Positions 18,313-25,969 of a stretch of 64,000 bases of DNA are shown here, piece after piece. The position numbers and the translations under genes are program-made. Location of the stretch: NCBI GenBank assembly GCA_963699755.1, contig CAVOVB010000002.1, positions 64,001-128,000 on the forward strand, read 5' to 3'. The stretch is from an uncultured delta proteobacterium. Lineage in GTDB: Bacteria > Myxococcota_A > Polyangia > Polyangiales > Houyiibacteriaceae. The notes under the pieces were generated by a model. That model was not told the DNA's origin. It did no database searches and saw only the letters and a list, made by a program, of their open reading frames with translations. Position 1 is the stretch's first letter; every line of letters begins with the position of its first letter.

Positions 18313-19791
18313 TCAGCGAAGCCCGTACTTCTCGAGCTTTCGATAGAGCGTCGTCCGACCGATCCCTAGCGCTTTGGCCGCTTCGGTCAGGCGGCCATTC
18401 TTGTCACGGAGCGCCCGTTTCACGGCCCAGCGCTCTACGGCTTCCAAGGACAGTGGTAGCTCCTCGAGGGATCTTGGCGTGGGTCGTGCCCGTAACTCTT
18501 CCTCCGCGCGCATACTTGGGGCTTCCAGGCCGTTGACGACCGTGTCCCCGTCACCTGGGGCCGAAATGTTCGACTCGGGCAATCTCGATGACCGCGCGTA
18601 GTGATCCCGAACCCGAACCGGCAGGTCTTGAAGGTCGATTTCGTTACCGGTGGCGAGCACGGCAGCGCACTGCAAGATGTTCTCGAGCTCCCGGACGTTT
18701 CCCGGGAAAGGGTAGCGCTCCAGGGCACACATCGCTCGCGCGCTCAAGCGCAAAGGCTGCGCGCCAAGGCTGTTGCAAAGGTCTCCGAGGAGCCTCGGCA
18801 CCAGCAGGGAGAGGTCACCATCGCGCATCCGCAGTGCCGGGAGCTCGATCTCGAAGACGACGATCCGGAAGTAGAGATCTTCGCGAAAACGGTTGGTCTC
18901 AACCATGTCGCGCAGGTTGCGATGTGTCGCGGTGATCAGACGAAAGTCGCTCTCGACCGTGCGAATCCCGCCCAGACGGTCGAAACTACGCTCCTGCAGC
19001 ACCCGCAAGAGTTTGGCTTGCACGGCAAGGGACAGCTCGGCGACCTCGTCGAGAAAAAGCGTGCCACCGTCCGCGCGCTCGAAGCAGCCGGCCCTCGCCT
19101 TATGTGCGCCGGTAAAGGAGCCCCGCTCGTGTCCAAAGAGCTCCGAGTCCTGCAACGACTCGGGGATCGCAGCGCAATTGATCGCAACGAAGGGTCCGCC
19201 CGCGCGTCGACTGTTCTCGTGGATAGCGCGGGCGATGAGCTCCTTGCCGGTTCCGCTATCTCCGCGAATCAAGACGCTGATGTCGCGGCCGGCGATGCGA
19301 TCAACTTGACGAAACACCTCACGCATCCGTGGAGACCGGCCAATCACGCCCGCGTAAGAAACCTCCTCAGCGGGGTCATCGATTCGCGCCGAAGCGCGTT
19401 CGTCTGACGATCGCAGGGCGCGATGGATGGAGGACAACAATCTGCCGCGGTCGACCGGCTTGGTCAGGTAGTCGGAGGCCCCAGCTCGCATGGCGTCTAC
19501 GATCGACTCTGCCGAGGCCTCGGCGGTGAGCACCAGCACTGGAACGCTCGGGTGTTGTCGGAGGGACGCATCGAGCGCCTCCCAAGCGCCGATTCCTGGT
19601 AGGCTGAGATCCAGGCAGACTAAATCGGGCAAGGTGGTGTCGAGGCTGTCCAGGAAGCTCTCCGCATCCCAGCATTGGGCTGTGCGCAGGCCCGCGTCGT
19701 TCAGCCATCCTGTGACGAGCGTGCGCTGATCAGCATCGTGCTCGGCGAAGACGACCAATGGGCCACCTCGAAATGACTCCATGGTGGGCAC
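18313..19791 (-). CDS. sigma54-dependent response regulator (NtrC family; REC-AAA+-Fis HTH)
   Basis: LVCLDLSLP, YLTKP, GDSGTGKE, GSFTGA, LFLDEV, FREDLYFR, PGNVRELEN, AAKALGIGRTTLYRKL. Confidence 0.95.
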   Translation of the reverse strand: MPTMESFRGGPLVVFAEHDADQRTLVTGWLNDAGLRTAQCWDAESFLDSLDTTLPDLVCLDLSLPGIGAWEALDASLRQHPSVPVLVLTAEASAESIVDAMRAGASDYLTKPVDRGRLLSSIHRALRSSDERASARIDDPAEEVSYAGVIGRSPRMREVFRQVDRIAGRDISVLIRGDSGTGKELIARAIHENSRRAGGPFVAINCAAIPESLQDSELFGHERGSFTGAHKARAGCFERADGGTLFLDEVAELSLAVQAKLLRVLQERSFDRLGGIRTVESDFRLITATHRNLRDMVETNRFREDLYFRIVVFEIELPALRMRDGDLSLLVPRLLGDLCNSLGAQPLRLSARAMCALERYPFPGNVRELENILQCAAVLATGNEIDLQDLPVRVRDHYARSSRLPESNISAPGDGDTVVNGLEAPSMRAEEELRARPTPRSLEELPLSLEAVERWAVKRALRDKNGRLTEAAKALGIGRTTLYRKLEKYGLR

Positions 19792-19856
19792 TCCTCGTGG
19801 TTCTGCCTCTTCGAACGTGACGAAAAAGCGGGGGGACGAACACTGTCCGATCAGAC

Positions 19857-19902
19857 GTCCCGAATTGCAACGGCGAACGGCGGAGAAGTTCCGTTCCGGG
19901 AC
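19857..19902. promoter_or_regulatory. Pair of palindromic operator sites 31 bp apart upstream of the activator gene (possible autoregulation)
   Basis: GTCCC-GAATT-GCAAC (19857) and GTTCC-GTTCC-GGGAC (19888). Confidence 0.55.
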
Positions 19903-19961
19903 TCTTCTGCAGAAATGGGCAGGCCCCTTGCACCTTCAGGGCGAATTAATGCGCTATGTTT

Positions 19962-21779
19962 TCACCAGACGGCGCCGCTGGCGTGGAGAGCTCGCGGATA
20001 GCTCGCGATCACCTCGCTCGCGCGAGCGGCGTGATAGGCGATCAATTGAAGCGGCACGGCGAGCACGAGCGGGGACCAAATGGGGTCGATTCGGCTCGCT
20101 TCGATGCACTGCAGGCCATCTCGCTTTGCGACGACTGCGGTGCGCGAGTCACCCAGCAAAATAGGTTCCCCCCCTCGCGCGATGACCTCATGCACGTCGG
20201 ACAAGGTATGATCGAAGGTCTCATCGTGCGGCGCAACGACGACCACCGGCGTGCCTGGCTCGGTCAACGCGCTCGGACGGTGTTTGAGCTCCCCGCCCGC
20301 AAGACCTTCAGCTGGCACATCGGCAAGCGTCTCGACGGTGAGCGCACCTGCTTGGGCGAGCGGATAGTTCTTGCCCCGCCCCAAGTATAGGCCACGGTTC
20401 TTCTCGGCTATCCGACGACCGACCGCGACACACTGATCTTCCTGCTCGAGCGCGCTCTTGATGGCCTGCGGCACGCCGAAAATCGAAGCGGTGATTACGT
20501 CGCTTTTCGCCACCCCATCGCGTCGCTGTCGAATGACGATTGATGCCGCTGCAAGTGCGCAGAGCGTAGCCGTGAAGGCGTTGGTGGATGGGATTCCGAC
20601 CTCATGGCCTGATCTGCAGTCGAGCACCGCGTCGGCCTCTCGGACCAGTGCGCTCGACGTCACGTTGACCAGGGCGACCGTCGGAACGTTTCGCTGTTGC
20701 AAGTACCTGAGCGCTTCGAGTGTGTCCGCGTCTTCTTCCACCTGGGAAACCAGAAGCGCCATGGTCCCCTCCATAAAGACTGCATCGCGGGTCTTGAGCT
20801 CCGAGCTCAGCTCGAGCTCGACCGGGATGCCGGCGATCTGTTCCAGCCAAGCCCGGCCAACATGCGCCGCATGGTGCGAAGCGCCGTTCCCGACCGCGAG
20901 GATTCGGTCCGCTCGCCATAGCGGCCCGCACCAGCAATCCAGCTCGCCGGAATTCATATCGCGCTCGAGCTCGAGCAAGGTGCGGCCTAGGATTACGGGT
21001 AGGTCTTCGATCTCTTCGCGGACGAAGTTGGTGACGACCGTCCCGCTCTGCCGCGTCTCGGCTGAGCTCACGATTCGAGTCCAGCGAGGGACGATCTGCT
21101 CGAGATGCGAGCCGAAGATGCGGACCTGACCCGGGCAGAGCTCGGCAATCTGTCCGTCGTCGAGGGACACGAATTCGCTCGCGACCCGGCCCAGAACGAT
21201 GGGGTCGGAGGCCAGCCAGGAGGCGCCACCCGCCCGCGCCGCGGCGAGTGGATTGCCGCGCCGCGCCGCGTATAGGCAATCGTCGTACTGCGTGCAGATC
21301 ATGCCAAGCGCAAAGGACCCTTGCAGCTTGGGAAGCACAGTCCGCAATGCCGTAATTGGGTGAGCGCGATTGGCGAGCTCTCTGTCCAGCAGCCACACGA
21401 TTACTTCGCTGTCGGTGTCGCTTCGGAACTGGACGCCCTCATGCTCCAGCGCGGCCCGAAGCTCTGCATGGTTTTCGACGACCCCGTTGTGAACGATGGC
21501 GACTCTCGAGCTGGCATGTGGATGGGCGTTGTGTCGAGAAGAGTCGCCATGTGTAGCCGAGCGCAAGTGGCCGAGAACGGTCGTCGAACTGATCGGCTCA
21601 TCTGAAAGCAGCGTCTCCAAGAACGACAGAGGTCCCGTTGCCCTTCGCCTCTGAATCTGGCGGTCGGTCAAGACCCCCAAACCGGCCGAATCACAGCCCC
21701 AGTGCTCCAAATCGGCCAAGCCGTGCATCACACTGGGCACCACGTTGTCATGTGCTGTCGCACAGAAAATCCCACCCAT
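19962..21779 (-). CDS. glmS: GlmS-like protein (GATase + two SIS domains), catalytically degenerate
   Basis: Full-length GlmS architecture (DSAG, GHLRSATHG, NAHPH, VHNG, SDTDSEV, ELKH, PLQLIAY) but starts MGGIF instead of MCGI and lacks the C-terminal NLAKSVTVE. Confidence 0.85.
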   Translation of the reverse strand: MGGIFCATAHDNVVPSVMHGLADLEHWGCDSAGLGVLTDRQIQRRRATGPLSFLETLLSDEPISSTTVLGHLRSATHGDSSRHNAHPHASSRVAIVHNGVVENHAELRAALEHEGVQFRSDTDSEVIVWLLDRELANRAHPITALRTVLPKLQGSFALGMICTQYDDCLYAARRGNPLAAARAGGASWLASDPIVLGRVASEFVSLDDGQIAELCPGQVRIFGSHLEQIVPRWTRIVSSAETRQSGTVVTNFVREEIEDLPVILGRTLLELERDMNSGELDCWCGPLWRADRILAVGNGASHHAAHVGRAWLEQIAGIPVELELSSELKTRDAVFMEGTMALLVSQVEEDADTLEALRYLQQRNVPTVALVNVTSSALVREADAVLDCRSGHEVGIPSTNAFTATLCALAAASIVIRQRRDGVAKSDVITASIFGVPQAIKSALEQEDQCVAVGRRIAEKNRGLYLGRGKNYPLAQAGALTVETLADVPAEGLAGGELKHRPSALTEPGTPVVVVAPHDETFDHTLSDVHEVIARGGEPILLGDSRTAVVAKRDGLQCIEASRIDPIWSPLVLAVPLQLIAYHAARASEVIASYPRALHASGAVW

Positions 21780-21833
21780 TTGGATCCTTGAAGTTGGAGA
21801 GTCCGAACCAATCCCGCTTGAACTCTCGAGACC

Positions 21834-21850
21834 TGCGAAAACCGGGCCAG
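21834..21850 (-). promoter_or_regulatory. sigma54 promoter upstream of the glmS-like gene
   Basis: Minus strand CTGGCCCGGTTTTCGCA: TGGC and GG-N10-GC. Confidence 0.58.
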
Positions 21851-21870
21851 TCGTCCTGGGGACCCTTTGC

Positions 21871-21957
21871 GTTTCACAAGCGAACGCCGTGATGCGCTAG
21901 TGTACCGAATAGGGGCGGGGCCCATGCCGTCCGGTAGAAGCCGTTTCAATTCGGACG
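21871..21957. promoter_or_regulatory. Palindromic operator/UAS sites upstream of the glmS-like gene
   Basis: GTTTC-ACAAG-CGAAC (21871), GTACC-GAATA-GGGGC (21902, +31 bp), GTTTC-AATTC-GGACG (21943). Confidence 0.5.
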
Positions 21958-21966
21958 TCGGCGGGA

Positions 21967-23811
21967 CTACCCACCCACGGGTGCCGGCGCCCTCGCCTCC
22001 CCTTCAGCCAGGAGTTGGAACTGCGGATGGGTGGCGCGCAGTTCCTCGAAGGTTCCCTCTCCCGTGACGACGCCATTTTCGAGAAAGTAGATCGTGTCAC
22101 AGTTCTTCACCGAGGTCAGCCGGTGCGCGATGATGATGACCGTCTTGTTCGGTGCGAGTGTGTCCAATGCTTCCATGACTAGCTTTTCAGTGACGTTGTC
22201 CAATGCACTGGTGGCCTCGTCCAAGATGAGGACGTCGGGATCATGGTAGAGCGCTCGCGCGATTCCTACGCGCTGACGCTGGCCGCCGGAGAGACGAACG
22301 CCGCGCTCACCTGCACGACTCTCGTACTTCCGCGGGAATTCATTGGCTACGAATGCATGGAGGTTGGCGAGCTCCGCAACGGCTTCGACCCTGTCTTGGT
22401 CGATCTGGTCCTTTGGGACTCCAAATGCGATGTTTCCAGCAATGCTCGTGTCCGCCAGGAAAATGCTTTGCGGAACGTACCCAATCGAAGCCTGCCAAGC
22501 ACGAACTTGCCTTTCCTCTATTTCCGCTCCGTCCACCAAGAGCGAGCCGTTCGTCGGCCGGAGCAGTCCTAGTATGATGTCGACTGTGGTCGTCTTGCCT
22601 GAGCCGGTGGAGCCGACGAATCCGACCTTCGAGCCGGCCACGATGCGCAGGCTCATGCGCTTGAGCGTCGGGGCGTCGCTACCAGGATACCGATAGACCA
22701 GATCGCAGAACTCGAGCTGTTTGGTCAGCCTGACCCGCGATTCGACTTCTCGGCCGGCATCCGCGCTCTTCGGGCTGCTTCTTGGTTCTCTGCTGAGACG
22801 TAGCGGGCCCTCCAATGACGTGAGCGCTGCCGTGGAGAACTCCATTTCCGCCAAATGCGCATAGATCCTCTGAAGGGCTGGCATCATTTTGTACCCGGCG
22901 AAGGCATAGAGCCCAATCACCGGCAGGCCTGCGGCAAAGCTCCCCTCGGTTGCGAGCACATAGAGAATCACCAGCAGCATGCCGCCGAAGATGATGGCCT
23001 GCATGGCGATGGACGGCACTTGTCCGAGCACTTTCGACCGAATCATCGCATCGCACATGCGACGTGACACCGAGTCGAATCGCTCGGCAAAGAATGCTTC
23101 GGCATGCAGGACCTTGACTTCTTTGATCCCCGCAAAGGCTTCGGACAAGACGTGATAGCGGGCCTGGTTTGACTCGAGCCAGGCCTCACCGGCTTGGAGG
23201 ATCCGAGACCGAAGGAAACGATAGGTGAAAACGTATGCCCCGCCGAGGACGAGGACAGTCGTAGCAGCCAATACGGGATCGACGATGATCAGGAAGGCGA
23301 ACACGAACAAGGCAACGAGTGCGTTGCTCGCGATCATGAGCAGCGGCAAGACGGCGTGGAAGATCGCTTGATTGACCTCGTTGATGGTGGTCGCAGAGAG
23401 CTCCGAAGTGTGCCTCGCGAGGAACCATTCATAGGGCTGCCGGAGATAGGTCTCTACGATCCGGCAACTCCAAGAGTGCATCAGATTTCCCGCGTACCGA
23501 ACCTGCGCCCAAGCGACGAGCGCCTGCAGGCACAGAGCCGAGAGAACCAGAAAGAAGACCAATGCGCCGGTCAGGATCAGCAAATCGTCTGACGACGTAA
23601 TGCCGGTCCACGAGGATAGTGTCACAAGCGCAGAGTTCGACTGAATGAGATCGGGCGAGGAAAGAATTGCGAGGAACGGCATCATGGACGCAACCCCCGT
23701 GGCCTCGAGAAGTGCGAGGATGCCCATCAGGGACAAGACCTTGAGCGCTCCACGCCGTTCAGGGGGCGAAAGCAAGTCGTGAAGCTGGCGGAGAGAGTGA
23801 ATCAAGGACAC
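21967..23811 (-). CDS. ABC exporter, fused TMD-NBD (PglK/HetA-like lipid-linked oligosaccharide flippase)
   Basis: Six-TM N half, GSTGSGKTT, GYVPQ, LSGGQRQR, ILDEATSALD, IAHRL. Confidence 0.88.
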   Translation of the reverse strand: MSLIHSLRQLHDLLSPPERRGALKVLSLMGILALLEATGVASMMPFLAILSSPDLIQSNSALVTLSSWTGITSSDDLLILTGALVFFLVLSALCLQALVAWAQVRYAGNLMHSWSCRIVETYLRQPYEWFLARHTSELSATTINEVNQAIFHAVLPLLMIASNALVALFVFAFLIIVDPVLAATTVLVLGGAYVFTYRFLRSRILQAGEAWLESNQARYHVLSEAFAGIKEVKVLHAEAFFAERFDSVSRRMCDAMIRSKVLGQVPSIAMQAIIFGGMLLVILYVLATEGSFAAGLPVIGLYAFAGYKMMPALQRIYAHLAEMEFSTAALTSLEGPLRLSREPRSSPKSADAGREVESRVRLTKQLEFCDLVYRYPGSDAPTLKRMSLRIVAGSKVGFVGSTGSGKTTTVDIILGLLRPTNGSLLVDGAEIEERQVRAWQASIGYVPQSIFLADTSIAGNIAFGVPKDQIDQDRVEAVAELANLHAFVANEFPRKYESRAGERGVRLSGGQRQRVGIARALYHDPDVLILDEATSALDNVTEKLVMEALDTLAPNKTVIIIAHRLTSVKNCDTIYFLENGVVTGEGTFEELRATHPQFQLLAEGEARAPAPVGG

Positions 23812-23925
23812 GCAGTGTAGCCAACTGGAGCGCCCCCCCCAAGGTCTCGACCCGCCAGACAGCTCCCTCGGAAAGAAACCAGCGCGTCTCTGGCCTCCGA
23901 CGCTCGTAAACTGTACTTCACAGCT

Positions 23926-25554
23926 TCATTCCACCGTCAGCTGCGAGACCGGGTACCAGCCGTCCGCTCGACGCCCTGCGATGGCAAGCAACAGCGGCGG
24001 CAGTGCCTTGGTATCAGGCGCCGTGCCGTCGCGATCCAGGAGCGCGAGATCGATCTGATAGGTGCCCTTCGGTAGGTCCGAGGGAATGGCGATGGTATCG
24101 CGTACTTTCCAGCTACCAGGCAACCAGGTGCGAGTGTCCTGTGTGCTGCCGAGGATGATTTCCTTGGTCGGCCCGCGCAGACGGTAGGTCAGGACCCTCG
24201 GTAGATAGTGGGGTGCAACGCCAACATTGCGCCAGTCCGTCTTGAAGGTGGTGCGGCTGCCCACCGGGACGGTGCCCTGATGGTTGAAACGATCGACGAC
24301 AAACCGGTAGCCGTTCCGTTTGAGTAACTCGTCGATGGGGGCGACGTAGATCTCAGGCACCGGCTTAGATTTGGCGTTGAGCACGGAGGCGTGCTGCCTC
24401 AGGGCCCATTGAAACGACTTGTGGACCTCGCCGTTTGGCTTAAGGGCGGTCCAGCCGAGCTCGTGCCATCGCTCGAGCGTGCCGCAGATTTCGAGCTGGA
24501 CGGGCGCCTTCTTCCAGACATCGGTGAAGCCGGCGTCGGCAGCGGTGGCCGCGGCGATCATCGACGGATAGAGCTTGCCTTGGTGACTCCAGGAACCGCC
24601 CCACATTCCCCAGTCGCCCCAGCAGTCGGCGCGCCAGCCAGCGCCGCCCTGCGTGGCATGGAGCATGAGCCCCACGTTCTCTCGATCGAGCCCAAGCATG
24701 ACGACAGGAGTGTTGGAAAAGGCACGCAGGTGATGATCGATGAGCCGGGTTAGCGCCGTCACGATCTGCTGACGCTCCTTGTGGTTACCGGGCTTGTAAA
24801 CGTCGACGAGGCTCTCGGCGTTTGACAAACAAGCAGTGTTCCACTCTCCCCAGCAGCCAACCGTGCCGATATCGACATGGTCGACTGCGGGGTGCCCGTC
24901 GTAGCGGTCTCCAAGAGCGCTGATTAAACGGGCATGCTCGCGCTGAAACGTGGGGTCCCGATAGTCCGGCCAAAAGACGCGGCCGCCGTCGCCCTGACGC
25001 CACTGACCGGCGACGTCGTATGGAGCGCTGGTCAGCCAATCTGGAATTCCGGACTGCCCCTCGGCAACCGTCATCACGCGGAAGGACAGGGTCATCCCCA
25101 TCACGTTGGCGGATTGGATGGCCCGGTCGATCATCTCGAAGTCGATCTGTCCCCGCTTCGGCTCGAGATCTCGCCAGTGCCAGCGGAAATAGGCCGTGCC
25201 GGATTTGGGGTAGTTCTCGGGCCACTGTTTCTTCACGCGCGCTGCGCATTCCTTTGCGGAATAGGTGATCGGCGGCAGGTTGCACCACCAGCCGAAGTGG
25301 AAGCTGGCGAAGCCCATGCCCGGGTTGGTTAGGACGTCGTCGATGCGCGTGGGCTTGACGGTGATGGTGCCTGGCTCGGGAACGTCTGCTCTTGCCGGGG
25401 CGGGCTCCTCTGAGATGCCCTCGATCGCCTCCCGCGCTTGATCGCCATCGGTGTACGCCCGACAAGCATTGTAGGCGACCCCGGAAGCCACGGTGCCGAC
25501 GACGAGGAAGGCGAAAACGAAACGCGAAAAACCCCTGGAAGCTGCTCGAATCAA
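23926..25554 (-). CDS. Exported DUF4832-domain protein (GH-A-like glycoside hydrolase)
   Basis: N-terminal TM/signal, LTNPGMGF, YFRWHWRDLEP, DIGTVGCWGEWN, GYRFV, WRNVGVAP, WLPG. Confidence 0.7.
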   Translation of the reverse strand: MIRAASRGFSRFVFAFLVVGTVASGVAYNACRAYTDGDQAREAIEGISEEPAPARADVPEPGTITVKPTRIDDVLTNPGMGFASFHFGWWCNLPPITYSAKECAARVKKQWPENYPKSGTAYFRWHWRDLEPKRGQIDFEMIDRAIQSANVMGMTLSFRVMTVAEGQSGIPDWLTSAPYDVAGQWRQGDGGRVFWPDYRDPTFQREHARLISALGDRYDGHPAVDHVDIGTVGCWGEWNTACLSNAESLVDVYKPGNHKERQQIVTALTRLIDHHLRAFSNTPVVMLGLDRENVGLMLHATQGGAGWRADCWGDWGMWGGSWSHQGKLYPSMIAAATAADAGFTDVWKKAPVQLEICGTLERWHELGWTALKPNGEVHKSFQWALRQHASVLNAKSKPVPEIYVAPIDELLKRNGYRFVVDRFNHQGTVPVGSRTTFKTDWRNVGVAPHYLPRVLTYRLRGPTKEIILGSTQDTRTWLPGSWKVRDTIAIPSDLPKGTYQIDLALLDRDGTAPDTKALPPLLLAIAGRRADGWYPVSQLTVE

Positions 25555-25969
25555 TTCATCGACCTCGTACCGAGCCTAGCATCGTGAACATTGTGGCGCA
25601 GAACGAGCCGCCGCATGCCCGGAGCAGGCTCTTCGTTCGAATCGGCACTGGCTTCTAAGCCGAGCTCGGCCTTGATGGGAGCTCGGAGCGCTGGGCCGGA
25701 GAATCAGATCAAGCAGCTGTGGTAGCGAACGTCCCTCGAGATCCGCCGCGAAATTCCATAGTTTGGACTCTCAGCGCCTCGAGTCTGGACTCCGACGAGA
25801 TGGGCCCTCCGCCGCGGCGGCTCGTTCGTTCGGCAAATCGTGCTGCTCGGCCCTCTTGCGACGACTTTCTCGATTTGAGACAGGCCGTTCGGGTCTACTC
25901 TCCGACAGCGAAGGACATCGGGACCCTTGCCGACCATCCGAGAAACTTCTAGATCCAACAAGGACCCCC

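Noticed and set aside
19962..21779. Calling the glmS-like gene an active GlmS or a pseudogene
   Set aside because: Active is excluded by loss of Cys1 and Lys603; pseudogene is unsupported because frame, RBS and promoter are intact
21780..21966. glmS ribozyme upstream of the glmS-like gene
   Set aside because: No recognisable ribozyme core by eye, and the predicted leader is only about 40 nt; an Rfam scan would settle it
25595..25610. GG-N10-GC on the minus strand upstream of the DUF4832 gene
   Set aside because: Poor -12 box (TGCGC) and no paired palindromes nearby; likely chance
25659..25670. 12-bp palindrome GCCGAGCTCGGC
   Set aside because: Single copy; GAGCTC and CTCGAG words are very common in this sequence
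25763..25969. N-terminal extensions in the ORF track (korA; also 16248-16490, 46248-46562, 62292-62762, 62720-62905)
   Set aside because: No homology-like content; better RBS-supported or stop-overlapping starts lie downstream
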